A DNA stretch of 64,000 nt from Bradymonadia bacterium (GTDB lineage: Bacteria > Myxococcota_A > Bradymonadia > UBA7976 > UBA1532): NCBI GenBank assembly GCA_046290225.1, contig JBKAGE010000036.1:160001-224000 (forward strand). Reading direction: 5' to 3'. A program made the position numbers and the translations under genes. The number at the start of each line of letters is the position of its first letter. The first letter of the stretch is position 1. Shown here one piece after another: positions 30,067 to 40,363 of the stretch. The notes beneath the pieces are model-generated. The model was not told the origin of the DNA. It saw only the letters and a list, made by a program, of their open reading frames with translations, and did no database searches.

Positions 30067-33000
30067 TCAGGGCGTCGCGCTGGCCTGCTCCGCTCGAGGA
30101 TGCACCCACAGTGATCCGCCGCTGCTGTTGCCTCTGACCTCGGGGGTGTACATCTCCTCGGCGATGGCCGGCGGGTGCACGAAGGTGCCTGCGGTGGTGG
30201 CCCGGGCGGTGTAACTGTATTCGTGCACGCCTGGGGGCAGGTGATCGGCGAAGAGCACCACCCGCTCGTCGCGCATCTCGGTGTGATCGAAGGGGCTGAA
30301 CCACTGACTCCGGCCGCTGAGATCCACGCTCGAAGAGCCTGGGCTGTTCGACGCGTCGGCGCTGTTGATCCGAGACTCGGTGAGCAGATCGGTGTTGATG
30401 GCTTCGAGACCACCGGGGATCGGGTCGTCGACGACGACGTAGTATCGGGGAGCGGTGTTGGCCACTCGGAGCCTCACCTGGACCACCTGGCCTTCTTCCA
30501 AGGCGGTGAGGCGCTCACTGCCACCGACGGCGGTGATCCACCGCTGGACCACGATGCCCTGATCTCTCGCCTTGGTGTCGATGGTGCCCGGCACGTACTC
30601 GAGCACGGCGCTGTAGTGCAGCGGCCCCTGCCCCTCGGCGTTGAAGATGATGGGCAATCGGCTCTTGAAGCGCCCGAGGTAGGCCAGCGGGATGGTCTTG
30701 GTGATGCGCCCCAGGCTGTGGCCCTGGAACTGCTGCTGAGCGACGTCTTCTGCCTGACCGCCATTGCCGAGCACCACGCGGCCCACGAGGTTGGGGGCCT
30801 CGCCCTCTACCGCGGCGCTGTAGTCGGCCAAAGCCATGAGGCTGAAGGCGGTCTCCTGCGTGTTGCGCCACTTGCCGCCACGGCGCGCCTTGAGCACGGT
30901 GAACGCCATCCTGGCCAGGTAGGGATGATCAGGTCGCACCTTCACAGCGGCGGCGAGGACCATGGCGGTGGTGCGCACGCTGCTCGAGAACTGCGCGCTG
31001 TAGGTGCTCTGATCGATGTCCACCAGCTGCACGCCCCGGGCGTTGACCTGGGCGCCGTTGAACATCTCCACCAGCAGGGTCTGAGCCTGCTCGCTCTTGG
31101 GATCGAGCTCTGCCATGGCCCGGGCCAGCATGGCCTTGCCGAAGAGGGCCATGCTGGCCCGGCGGGCGTACAGTCGACGGTTGAACTCCCGGCTGCCGGA
31201 CCCCTGTCGCGCGAGGACGAAGGCCGCAAAGGCCCGAGACTCGTCGGTGCGCGGCCGCCACGCCACACAAGGCGACTTCGGATCCCAAGCCTCCTTCAGA
31301 TAGCCACGGGCGCGCTCGAGCACCTTCGGATCCACCGGATAACCCTGAGCTGCAGCGTCACCGAGGGCCAGGGTGGCGTAGGCGCTGCCCCAGTAGTGAG
31401 CGCACGTAGATCCGGGCCAGTACCTGAAGCCCCCGTCGGGCCCCTGCAGTTTGGTGATGGCGGTGATGGCCTCTTCGACGACCTGAGCGGGCTCGCGATC
31501 CCCCACCCACTGCTCGCCATATCGATCCATGAGGCCCTTGAGGGCGACGAAGGGCACCAGCCTGCTGGACTGCTGCTCAAGGCAGCCATAGGGGTACTCG
31601 ATGAGCTGCTCGACGCCCTCCTTGAGGCCCACCAGAGCGCTCGCCGCCATCGTCACCGAGAGCGATCCCACATCTCGACGGCTCGACACCGGCACCTCGA
31701 TGTTCTCGGTCCGGGCCATGGCGGGGATCTCCGCTCTGACCTGACCATAGGTGGCCACCACTTGCGGAGACGCAGGGAACTTGATGGGCAGCGGGATCTC
31801 CACGGCGTCGCTGTGATCTGCGCTGCGTACGGTGAAACGCACCGCAGAGCCCGGGGCGTCAAGGCGACTCGCCCGCTGGACCTTGAAGGCGAAGCGCACC
31901 TCACGGCTCTTGCCCGGCGGGACCATGATCTTGCGGCTGAGGGGCTCCAGGCCCTCAATGGCGCCATCGAGGATCTCCCCTTCGATCCAGACCTCGGTGG
32001 GTGTGTCGGCGAGGGTGTTCACCACGACGCCAGCGGCGAAGGTGTCGCCGATGCGGGCCATACGAGGCAGGGCCGGCCGAGCCATGAGCGGAGCGCTCAC
32101 CACCACCTTGCCTTCGCCCACGCCTCCTCGATCGTCTGCGGTGACCGCCAGGGCCATCAGCCTGAACGTGGTCAGGTTGTCGGGCAGCTGACCCTTCACG
32201 ACCGCCTTGCCGTCGTCACCGGTCTGCACCGCACCTACGAAGAGCGGCGTCGTGGTGAACTTTCGGCGCACGTCGAGGGCATCCTGCCCGCCCCCACCGC
32301 CGCCGCGGTTGCGGCCCTTCTCACCAAAGGCGAGCTGGGGCAGCAGGTGACTGAGGTTGGTGGACTGATAGACGCTCAGGCCCCGTCGGCGATACATCGA
32401 CGCCACGGGATCAGGGGGTTGATACCCTGTGAGGGCCAGAACCCCCTCGTCCACGGCCCACACGGTCACCTCGCTGGCGACGCCGCGACCGTCCTTGTCT
32501 TTGACGTGTACGTTCACCACCAGCGACTCACCGGGGCGCTTGGACTCGGCGTCGGGGCTCAGCTCTACCTGCAGACGTTTGTGCTCAGGGGACACCTTCA
32601 GCTCGGCATAGCCCACCCGGAAGGCCGGTCGACCCGGATCACCATCTCCGCGACCTGGAGGCGCTACACGACCGCGGGTGAGCACGACGCCCACAAAGGC
32701 GTTGGGGATCATGTCGGCGGTGACGGGGATCTCGACGGACTGAGCGTTGCCAGTGAGGGTCATGCGCTTGGACCACAAGAAGCCCTCGCGCTCTACAGTG
32801 AGCCAGGCCTCGGCTTTCTGGAACGGGTTCTGGATCAAGATCCGGGCATTCTCTCCTGGGCTGTACTGGCTGCGGTCGAGAACCACCTCCACCTTGGCGT
32901 CGTCGTCCCGCATCCATGGCGCCTCCCCCTCGCCGAGCACCCAGAGGGCGTCGGTGCTGCGGGTGAGCCGCCCCTGGGCATCTCTGGCCTCGACGACGAG

Positions 33001-36000
33001 GGTGTGGAAGCCCGGCGCCTCGGCCTGCACAGTGCACTTGCCAGGGGCCTCACCTGCTCCAGTGGTGTTCAGCGCGCACCGCGCCACCTCTTCAGGACGA
33101 CGCTCGCTCACGGTCTCGAAGGTGCCCAGGGCCGTCTTCTTCTTCACGGTGTGCCAGACCTGGCGCATCAACTTCACCTCGCCCCGGATGCCCGAGACGA
33201 GGGCGCCGCCGTCTTCGGTGCCTGGGGTGCCCACGGCGACAGCGTGCACGTCGAAAGGCGCGCCTGCCTGAGCAAACCCCTCGGGGCCCTTGAGGCCGAC
33301 CCACACTGCGGCGGGGTGCACCTGCATCGTGGATCGCCCTGCGAGGGTCTGACGATCGACGTCGGTCACCGCGGCCTCCACCGCGTAGGTCCGCACGCGA
33401 TCTTCAGGGGCCTCGCTGGCACCACCGTCGATCTTGAACGCCCCAGTGTCGTCAAGGGTCCACAGCCCCCCGGCGACGACCTCTCCGAGGCCCGAGGTGG
33501 CGGTGTCGTCCCACCATGCGTCCCGACGGCCGAAGGTGTACGCCTCGAGGTTGGCGCCATCCACCGGCTCTGGGGTGAAGTCGGTGTCATAGGCTTGCAC
33601 CGACCAGCGCACCGAAGCGCCGGACATGGCGCCGCCGAAGAGATAGCGCCCTTCGGCTGTGGCCTTCACCGAGGTGCCGGCGACGAGATTTCGCTGCTCT
33701 GGATGCACGTCGACGAGGAAGGCCGGCGGCCGGTACTCAGCCACTGTGGCCTGGGTCTGCCATGTGAGCTTGTCGTCAGCCTGATTGACCACGATCTGGT
33801 ACTGACCCAGAGCGCCGTCCTCGGGCACAGAGAATGTGGTGTGGAAGCTGCCTTGGGGTGAGGCGTCGAGGGTGGTGGTGGCCACCTCTTTGCCTCGTGG
33901 ATCCATCAGCTTCACGTCGAGCGTTCGGTTCTCTGGCGGGGAGAGCTGCCCCAAACGCCGCACGCGGAGCACCCCCTTCACGTAGATCGTCTCGCCGGGC
34001 CGGTAGATGCCCCGCTCGGTGAACAGCAGCCCCTCGGTCCGCGGCCCGTCGCTGGCCCACTCGGACTCCACACCAAGCCGCCACGGCGACAAGATGCCCC
34101 GTGTCGCAGTCGAGGCGAAGGCCACGTCTGTCTGTCCGTCGATCTCGGCCGTGACCTGAGCGGCGAAGAACGGAGGGCCGTAGTACGGGTAGCCCCACTT
34201 GTCCTTCTTGGGCAGGGTCATCTGGTACACCCCGGGGATCTTCGCCAACCCTGAGGCGTCTGTGCGGGCGGTGGCGTGCTGCTTGCCTTCACCGTCGACG
34301 ATGACCACCTCGGCGCCGGCCACGGGTGCCCCCGTGGACAGCCGCCACACCATCACCCGCCCAGCCACCGGGGCCACCTTCATGTGCACCCCCAGATCGG
34401 TGATTTGCACCAAAGTGCGGGCGGGGTATGCGTCCTTCTTGCCCTCGGGGGTCATCTCCACGATGGCGACGCGAGCCCCATCGGATCGACCCTCGAAGAG
34501 CGGCTCGAGGTCGAGCGGGCTACGCATCTGGCGGTTCGGTGCGCCCTCGAGGGGCAGGGAGAGCTTCTGCGCCTTCATGGGCAGCTTCTCTGACCAGGGG
34601 CCCTGCATGTAGGTGAGGGCCTGCTTCACCGACAAAGGCGCCCAGCTGACCGCGAGGCGGGCCACGTTCACGTGATTGACCGGCAGCGCCGCCCGCAGAC
34701 CCCGCTCGATGAGCCCCCGGCTGCCCACGCTGTAGATCTCCGAGGGTCGATCACCTGTGATGAAGGACGCCTCGAACAGGGTGCCCAGGCGCTGGCCGAA
34801 CTCGTCTTCGAGGTTGCCCTCGATCTTCATGCGGTACTCGGTCCGCGGGCTGAAGTTGCCGTAGAGGGTCCAATCGGAGACCGCCCCCTCGTGGGTGGGC
34901 CAGGCGATGTCCACTGGAGGCGTAATCTTGAGGGCCTTCTTCAAGGCCTCCCCGGTCACCGGGGTGCTGAACGTGAGCGTGATGGGGCCCTCCGGGCAGG
35001 TCCCGTGCCACTTCTTACAGCCCACCCAGCGCACCTTCAGCGGGCTGTAGGTGCTGAAGGGCCAGGCGGCGGAGGTCTCTGAAGGCAGGGTGCCGCTGTG
35101 GGCCCGTACCCCGCGCGGGATCACGAGCAGATATCGGGTGTTGAGCGCCAACGGTTGCTTCGGGGTGACCGTGACCACCGTGCGCCGATCGACCACCGGT
35201 ACCCCCGTGGGCCCCAGGACCGGCAGCCTCGGGCTCAATTTCTCGCCTCTCGCCTCCACGATCCGGCGCAAGTTCTCTTCCCACGACTCCGTCCGGACGA
35301 TCTGCGCGGGCACCTCTGCGCCTTCGCTGTCTCGGAACACGATCTTGCCGGCGAGATCTGCTTCGAGGGGCTTCTGGTTGAAGTGCACCTCGAAGCTCTC
35401 ATTTGCCCGGGCCCAGGGCAGGTCGCGCCAGGCGTTCACCGGGTTGCCACCGATGGCCTGTAGCCGTGGCGTCTCGAAGGTGAAGGTGTGGGGCGCCGAC
35501 AGCACCCCACCGTCGAGGGCGACGAGCGTGTCTGAGGTGGTGACGCTGAAGGTCGTGGCCCAGGGCACCGGGCCATCAGGTACGAACTCTACGGTGCTGC
35601 TGCCCACCCAACGCCATCGGCCCGGTACAGGGGGCGCGATGTGCGCAGGTGCAGGGCCGTCAGGTGCCCCGAGGGCGTGTACTGGCCGGTCGAAGGTGAT
35701 GGTGGGCCTCGGGTGATGCTTCACCGGGCCTCTGGGGCCGCTGACCACCACCGAGAGCGGCGCAGCATCGGGGTTCGGGGCGATGCGGGGCGCCCTCGGC
35801 GGGGGCGCGCTCTGGCCAGGGCTCGGTGCCCCAGGGGGAATCACCGGAACAGCCTGATGGGCCTCGACCTGTTCTGGGGGGGTCTGGACAGACCCGGACC
35901 GATGTGGTCCTTCTTTGGATGGGCGCGAAGGTTTGTCGTCACCACAGCCGATGAAGAACATGGCGTTGAGGACGACGATGATCCACGGCAGGGCCGACGC

Positions 36001-36078
36001 CGTACGCGCGTGATCTCGGGGAAGCATCCAGGGAAGAGAGAGCATGGTCGGGCGCTCCAGAGCAGAACTTGCGGTCAT
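30067..36078 (-). CDS. Bacterial alpha-2-macroglobulin (lipoprotein)
   Basis: TERGIYRPGE, VDEGVL, LPDNLTTFR, thioester motif GCLEQ, EEMYTPE; lipobox FIGC. Start may be 36027-36078. Confidence 0.95.
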   Translation of the reverse strand: MTASSALERPTMLSLPWMLPRDHARTASALPWIIVVLNAMFFIGCGDDKPSRPSKEGPHRSGSVQTPPEQVEAHQAVPVIPPGAPSPGQSAPPPRAPRIAPNPDAAPLSVVVSGPRGPVKHHPRPTITFDRPVHALGAPDGPAPAHIAPPVPGRWRWVGSSTVEFVPDGPVPWATTFSVTTSDTLVALDGGVLSAPHTFTFETPRLQAIGGNPVNAWRDLPWARANESFEVHFNQKPLEADLAGKIVFRDSEGAEVPAQIVRTESWEENLRRIVEARGEKLSPRLPVLGPTGVPVVDRRTVVTVTPKQPLALNTRYLLVIPRGVRAHSGTLPSETSAAWPFSTYSPLKVRWVGCKKWHGTCPEGPITLTFSTPVTGEALKKALKITPPVDIAWPTHEGAVSDWTLYGNFSPRTEYRMKIEGNLEDEFGQRLGTLFEASFITGDRPSEIYSVGSRGLIERGLRAALPVNHVNVARLAVSWAPLSVKQALTYMQGPWSEKLPMKAQKLSLPLEGAPNRQMRSPLDLEPLFEGRSDGARVAIVEMTPEGKKDAYPARTLVQITDLGVHMKVAPVAGRVMVWRLSTGAPVAGAEVVIVDGEGKQHATARTDASGLAKIPGVYQMTLPKKDKWGYPYYGPPFFAAQVTAEIDGQTDVAFASTATRGILSPWRLGVESEWASDGPRTEGLLFTERGIYRPGETIYVKGVLRVRRLGQLSPPENRTLDVKLMDPRGKEVATTTLDASPQGSFHTTFSVPEDGALGQYQIVVNQADDKLTWQTQATVAEYRPPAFLVDVHPEQRNLVAGTSVKATAEGRYLFGGAMSGASVRWSVQAYDTDFTPEPVDGANLEAYTFGRRDAWWDDTATSGLGEVVAGGLWTLDDTGAFKIDGGASEAPEDRVRTYAVEAAVTDVDRQTLAGRSTMQVHPAAVWVGLKGPEGFAQAGAPFDVHAVAVGTPGTEDGGALVSGIRGEVKLMRQVWHTVKKKTALGTFETVSERRPEEVARCALNTTGAGEAPGKCTVQAEAPGFHTLVVEARDAQGRLTRSTDALWVLGEGEAPWMRDDDAKVEVVLDRSQYSPGENARILIQNPFQKAEAWLTVEREGFLWSKRMTLTGNAQSVEIPVTADMIPNAFVGVVLTRGRVAPPGRGDGDPGRPAFRVGYAELKVSPEHKRLQVELSPDAESKRPGESLVVNVHVKDKDGRGVASEVTVWAVDEGVLALTGYQPPDPVASMYRRRGLSVYQSTNLSHLLPQLAFGEKGRNRGGGGGGQDALDVRRKFTTTPLFVGAVQTGDDGKAVVKGQLPDNLTTFRLMALAVTADDRGGVGEGKVVVSAPLMARPALPRMARIGDTFAAGVVVNTLADTPTEVWIEGEILDGAIEGLEPLSRKIMVPPGKSREVRFAFKVQRASRLDAPGSAVRFTVRSADHSDAVEIPLPIKFPASPQVVATYGQVRAEIPAMARTENIEVPVSSRRDVGSLSVTMAASALVGLKEGVEQLIEYPYGCLEQQSSRLVPFVALKGLMDRYGEQWVGDREPAQVVEEAITAITKLQGPDGGFRYWPGSTCAHYWGSAYATLALGDAAAQGYPVDPKVLERARGYLKEAWDPKSPCVAWRPRTDESRAFAAFVLARQGSGSREFNRRLYARRASMALFGKAMLARAMAELDPKSEQAQTLLVEMFNGAQVNARGVQLVDIDQSTYSAQFSSSVRTTAMVLAAAVKVRPDHPYLARMAFTVLKARRGGKWRNTQETAFSLMALADYSAAVEGEAPNLVGRVVLGNGGQAEDVAQQQFQGHSLGRITKTIPLAYLGRFKSRLPIIFNAEGQGPLHYSAVLEYVPGTIDTKARDQGIVVQRWITAVGGSERLTALEEGQVVQVRLRVANTAPRYYVVVDDPIPGGLEAINTDLLTESRINSADASNSPGSSSVDLSGRSQWFSPFDHTEMRDERVVLFADHLPPGVHEYSYTARATTAGTFVHPPAIAEEMYTPEVRGNSSGGSLWVHPRAEQASATP

Positions 36079-36119
36079 CGTGTGCTCGCCCAGGGTCGGT
36101 GTCAATCGAAGGCACCACC

Positions 36120-38180
36120 ATGCCACCTTCACCTCTGTGGGTTGTTGGGGAGTCTGAGTTGAACGAGATACCACCGGGTACCCGCCTTTCAGGTGTAGCC
36201 ATCACGGCCCTTCACGCCGAGAGTGACCGGGCGCGCCTCTACACTGGGGCCCAGCTCACCAGCGGTCGTTCGATCTGGCTGAAGCAGCGCAAGCACGATC
36301 CCGAGGGCGAGTGGCAGGCCCGAGGCGAGCGACTGACCTCTGTGGCCGCCACTCACCTGCCCCACGTCCTCGCCGTGGATGCTCACGAGACCTATGGCAG
36401 CTACTGGATCATGACTGGCATCGACGGTGAGCCGGTGACTCGGCAGCTCGACGCCTCTGTCTCCTTTGCCCCTGCTCGGGCGGCGCTCATCACGTTGCAG
36501 GTGTGTCAGGGCCTCGCGGCGCTCCACAGCGCGGGGCTGTGTCATGGTGATCTGTCCGCAGAGCACGTGCTCATCGCACGCGGTCGGCTCGGAGAGCGAG
36601 CGGGCCTCATCAGCGGTGACGGCAAGCAGTACAGACAAGAGGTGCCCACAGCAGAGCGGGCGATGTGGATGAGCCCCGAGCACGCCACCGATGCCCCCTT
36701 GGACGCCCGCTCCGACATCTACCAGGCGGGGCTGCTCCTCTTCACGCTGCTCAATGGCGCACCTCCGTTTCGGGGGCGGGATCCACTGGCCATCATCCAA
36801 CGCCACGCACACATGGTTCCGCCAGAGATCAAGAGCCTGCGACCCGATGTGCCTGCGCCCTTCTCCGAGATCCTGCATCTGTGCCTCGCCAAGGATCCCG
36901 ACGATCGTTACCCCCGAGTGGAGTCGCTCATTCGACGTCTGCGGCCCTTGAGCCGCACCCTCGTCGCCAGCCAGTCGCTGCAGAGCACGGGCCTCGAGCG
37001 CTCTGAAGGCATCATCGCGCTGCCTCGAGCCCCTCAACCGGACGAGGCGCCCACTGCCGATGTCGAAGCCTCCCCAGCGGTCGAAGCTGAGCTCACCGGC
37101 ACCTTCGACGAGCACATCTCCGATGTGGCAGACCCTTTCCGGAGCGAAGACACGACCACGTCCGATCTGCCCTTCGACCCCTCGCCTCTGCCGCGAAACT
37201 TGATCTTGGACAGCAACGACAACAACCCCACCGTGACGGTCACACCGCCCCCCCTGATGTTCTCGGTGACCTCTGCGGAAGACATCGAAGACCCCTTCGG
37301 CGGCGAGGTGCTCACCTCGGTCCCTGACGACTCGCTGCAGTCATCTACGGTGCAAGTGGCCCCTGTCCAGATCCCAGAGGCGCCCAAACCACCGAGCCTC
37401 GGCGACCGGTTCTCGGAGATCATGGCGCGCTACCTCGAACGCCTGCCGAAGATGAGCGACCAGAGCCGTGGTGACCTCATGCGCACGCCGACCCCCACAT
37501 CCATTCTGGGTACCAGCCATCTGTCCAACTTCGTGGAGCGTCTCGTACACTTGCTCGACGGTGATCTCACCGAAGATGGGGTGCCGGAAGATCTCCTGGT
37601 GATTCACGACGCTCTGGCACAACTGGAGACCGCCCACGATCGCGCCATGCTGCTCTGGCGGCGAGACTGGTCTCGGGCCACTCGTCTCCACGGTGCTTAC
37701 TCTGACGATTGCGAGCGCCTCGGCGCAGCCTTGCAGGCGCTGGAGACCGACATCGAGCGGGCCACCACCCGGCTCGACGCCCACGAGGGCGACATCCGAC
37801 ACCTCACCGAGGTGCTTCAAGGGTTCGAGGTCACGTTCATCGAGCGCTTCAGTGTGTGCAACGCCGCGGACTTCGACGCCGTGAGCCTCGCAGAGCTCGA
37901 CAAGGTGTATCTACAGCGCACCGAGGCCGCCGAAGATCTCGCCCGCCTCTCCAACGAGGCCAACCGGCTCAAGCGCAAACGCGCTGACTTGCTCCAGCAG
38001 CACGCCGAGCTGGAGCGCAGTCAGTCGGCCCTGTCCACCCACCGGTGGTCGGAGGTGGAAGATGCCTGCCTCAGCGCTGCTGAAGCAGCCCGGAAGGCGC
38101 AACAGGTCGGGGCGGCTCTAGAGCAACGCTGTATGCAGCTCGGCCTCGCCATCGCCCGCCACGCCCACAGCGAAGGTTGA
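36120..38180 (+). CDS. Ser/Thr kinase-like protein (probable pseudokinase) with C-terminal coiled coil
   Basis: HGDLSAEH, WMSPE, SDIYQAG, CLAKDPDDR; no Gly loop or DFG. Confidence 0.75.
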   Translation: MPPSPLWVVGESELNEIPPGTRLSGVAITALHAESDRARLYTGAQLTSGRSIWLKQRKHDPEGEWQARGERLTSVAATHLPHVLAVDAHETYGSYWIMTGIDGEPVTRQLDASVSFAPARAALITLQVCQGLAALHSAGLCHGDLSAEHVLIARGRLGERAGLISGDGKQYRQEVPTAERAMWMSPEHATDAPLDARSDIYQAGLLLFTLLNGAPPFRGRDPLAIIQRHAHMVPPEIKSLRPDVPAPFSEILHLCLAKDPDDRYPRVESLIRRLRPLSRTLVASQSLQSTGLERSEGIIALPRAPQPDEAPTADVEASPAVEAELTGTFDEHISDVADPFRSEDTTTSDLPFDPSPLPRNLILDSNDNNPTVTVTPPPLMFSVTSAEDIEDPFGGEVLTSVPDDSLQSSTVQVAPVQIPEAPKPPSLGDRFSEIMARYLERLPKMSDQSRGDLMRTPTPTSILGTSHLSNFVERLVHLLDGDLTEDGVPEDLLVIHDALAQLETAHDRAMLLWRRDWSRATRLHGAYSDDCERLGAALQALETDIERATTRLDAHEGDIRHLTEVLQGFEVTFIERFSVCNAADFDAVSLAELDKVYLQRTEAAEDLARLSNEANRLKRKRADLLQQHAELERSQSALSTHRWSEVEDACLSAAEAARKAQQVGAALEQRCMQLGLAIARHAHSEG

Positions 38181-38237
38181 AACCCTCGGGCCCCCTGCCT
38201 GCTCTTTCACCCCACAGCATTCGAATCAGGAGCACGC

Positions 38238-38864
38238 ATGTCTGACGCGCAGTCGGCCGATCGTTCAGAAGAGCAGCGTTTCAAAGACCCGAAGGTGACC
38301 ATCAACAAGGTCTACACCCGAACGGGTGACGCGGGTCAGACCCGCCTGGTGGGCGGTCAGCAGGTGGGGAAGGACGATCTGCGCATCGAGACCTACGGCA
38401 CCGTGGACGAGCTCAACGCCCATGTGGGGGCGGTCATCATCTCCTGCACCGCCGAGGGACTCGACGGTCTCGCCGCGGTCCTGCTCAAGGTGCAACACCA
38501 GCTCTTCAACCTGGGCTCTGTCCTGGCCACGCTGCCCGAAGATCTGCACCCCAAGCAGCCCCGCGTCACCCCTGCGGATATCGAGTGGCTCGAAGGCAGT
38601 ATCGACGCCTACAACGACGGCCTGCCCACCCTGCGCAGCTTCGTGCTCCCAGGGGGGCTCGAGGCCAATGTGCGCCTGCACGTGGCCCGCACGGTCTGCC
38701 GCCGGGCAGAGCGCCTCTCGGTGGCCCTCGCCCGCCAGAGCGAGGTTGATCCGGCAGCGGTGCGCTACCTCAACCGCCTGAGTGATGCATTCTTCGTGTG
38801 GAGCCGATGGGTGATGCACGAAAAAGGTGTGGACGAAGTGCTTTGGGACCCGAACCTGGGGTGA
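38238..38864 (+). CDS. ATP:cob(I)alamin adenosyltransferase, PduO type
   Basis: KVYTRTGDAG, YGTVDELN, FVLPGG, RTVCRRAER, YLNRLSD. Confidence 0.95.
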   Translation: MSDAQSADRSEEQRFKDPKVTINKVYTRTGDAGQTRLVGGQQVGKDDLRIETYGTVDELNAHVGAVIISCTAEGLDGLAAVLLKVQHQLFNLGSVLATLPEDLHPKQPRVTPADIEWLEGSIDAYNDGLPTLRSFVLPGGLEANVRLHVARTVCRRAERLSVALARQSEVDPAAVRYLNRLSDAFFVWSRWVMHEKGVDEVLWDPNLG

Positions 38865-38902
38865 ACGCCGCGCTTCTGAGCGGGTGAGCGGACGACCGTG
38901 TG

Positions 38903-40363
38903 CTACAGCCGCTCCATCCACCCTTCCTGCAACCTGCAGTGCACCTCAAAGCCGAACTTGCGATAGCAGGCGATGGCCGAGGCGTTGTCCTCTGCCACGT
39001 TGAGGGCCACGTACCCCACCCGCTCGAAGATGGCCTGCAGCACCCTGGACACCGATTTCGTCGCCAACCCCTGCCCGCGCTTCCCGGCGTGGGTCACCAT
39101 GTTCCCCACCACGGCGATGTCCTGAGCATCACTGAGCACGTGGATGCCCGCCACGCTCACCAGCTCACCGGCCTGCTTGACCCCGAAGTACATACCCGTG
39201 TCGAGCTGCGCGGGCTCGAAGAAGTTGTCGGGGTAGTACCGATAGAGCTGCATGATGGCCGCGGTGTCGCGGTGGGTCAGCTTCTCGATGGTCTCGTTCG
39301 GCGCAGGCTCCGAGGGCTGAGGCCGCCAGTCGCTGCGTTGGAGCGACATGCGGAGCACGGGCTTGACCGTGATGGGCCGGTAATACTGCGCGAAGGCGTC
39401 GGTGTGGGTCAGCGGGTGGCTCGCGAAGATCTTGCGCGGCAGCAGAGTGCGGGCCCTGGCCAGCAGCGCCATCACATCATCAGGACTGCCCATGGGGAGA
39501 ATGGCGGGCATGCTCAAGCCGCTGTACCAGAGCAGAACCCCCGTGAGGCCTTCCTCTGGCGAGTCCACCCCGAACCAGCGCGTGTGCTCGATGAACGGGT
39601 CATCGAGATCGCCGAGCTGGTAGGCCGCCATCATCCGATCGCGGAGCAGAAACGCCCGCAGCGCCTGATGATCGGCGTCGGTGAGCTGCCTCACCCGATC
39701 GACCCGGTGACGCACCCCCGCTTCGAGCTCGTCGAGCTTGGGGGCCTCGTGGGCCACGGGGATCGGCAGAAGCTCGTGAATCGATACGTCGATCGACCCT
39801 TCAGGCTCTTCGATCTCCGCCTCGAGCGTCTGCTCGGCCTCTTCGCTCTCCATGGCCACCGGCGGTGGGAGCAACTCTCCCTTGGGCACCACCTTCACGG
39901 GCCGGCTCCGGGGGGCCTTCGTCTTGTTGATGAGCTGTACCCCGCCGATGATCATGCCTTTGTCGATGGCCTTGAGCATGTCGTACAGGGTGAGGGCCGC
40001 CACGGTCACCGCCGTGAGCGCCTCCATCTCCACCCCGGTGCGGTCCACCGTCTCCACGATGCTGCTGATCTCGATGGCCTGCTCGTCTCGGAGCGGGGTG
40101 AAGTTCACCTTCACCGAGGTCAGCGCCAGGTGATGGCACAGCGGGATCAGATCAGAGGTCTTCTTCGCCGCCATGATCCCGGAGATGCGGGCGGCGGCGA
40201 GGACATCCCCCTTGGGGGCGTCACCATCGAGCACTTTTTGCAGTGTGCCGTGAGAGAGGAACAGCCGACCTTGGGCTGTAGCTCTGCGGATTTGTCGTGG
40301 CTTGCCGCCCACATCGACCATGTGGGCAGCCCCTTGGGCATCGAGATGTGTCAGATCGCTCAT
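38903..40363 (-). CDS. moaC: Cyclic pyranopterin monophosphate synthase MoaC fused to a GNAT domain
   Basis: LTHLD...[31 protein letters not shown]-terminal RGQGLA and [13 protein letters not shown]. Confidence 0.9.
   Translation of the reverse strand: MSDLTHLDAQGAAHMVDVGGKPRQIRRATAQGRLFLSHGTLQKVLDGDAPKGDVLAAARISGIMAAKKTSDLIPLCHHLALTSVKVNFTPLRDEQAIEISSIVETVDRTGVEMEALTAVTVAALTLYDMLKAIDKGMIIGGVQLINKTKAPRSRPVKVVPKGELLPPPVAMESEEAEQTLEAEIEEPEGSIDVSIHELLPIPVAHEAPKLDELEAGVRHRVDRVRQLTDADHQALRAFLLRDRMMAAYQLGDLDDPFIEHTRWFGVDSPEEGLTGVLLWYSGLSMPAILPMGSPDDVMALLARARTLLPRKIFASHPLTHTDAFAQYYRPITVKPVLRMSLQRSDWRPQPSEPAPNETIEKLTHRDTAAIMQLYRYYPDNFFEPAQLDTGMYFGVKQAGELVSVAGIHVLSDAQDIAVVGNMVTHAGKRGQGLATKSVSRVLQAIFERVGYVALNVAEDNASAIACYRKFGFEVHCRLQEGWMERL

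Noticed and set aside
30175..33861. Very long antisense ORFs (also 927-3509, 7346-9199, 51686-54139, 56412-58058 and others)
   Set aside because: Expected shadows of high-GC codon usage; no motifs, and they overlap well-supported genes.
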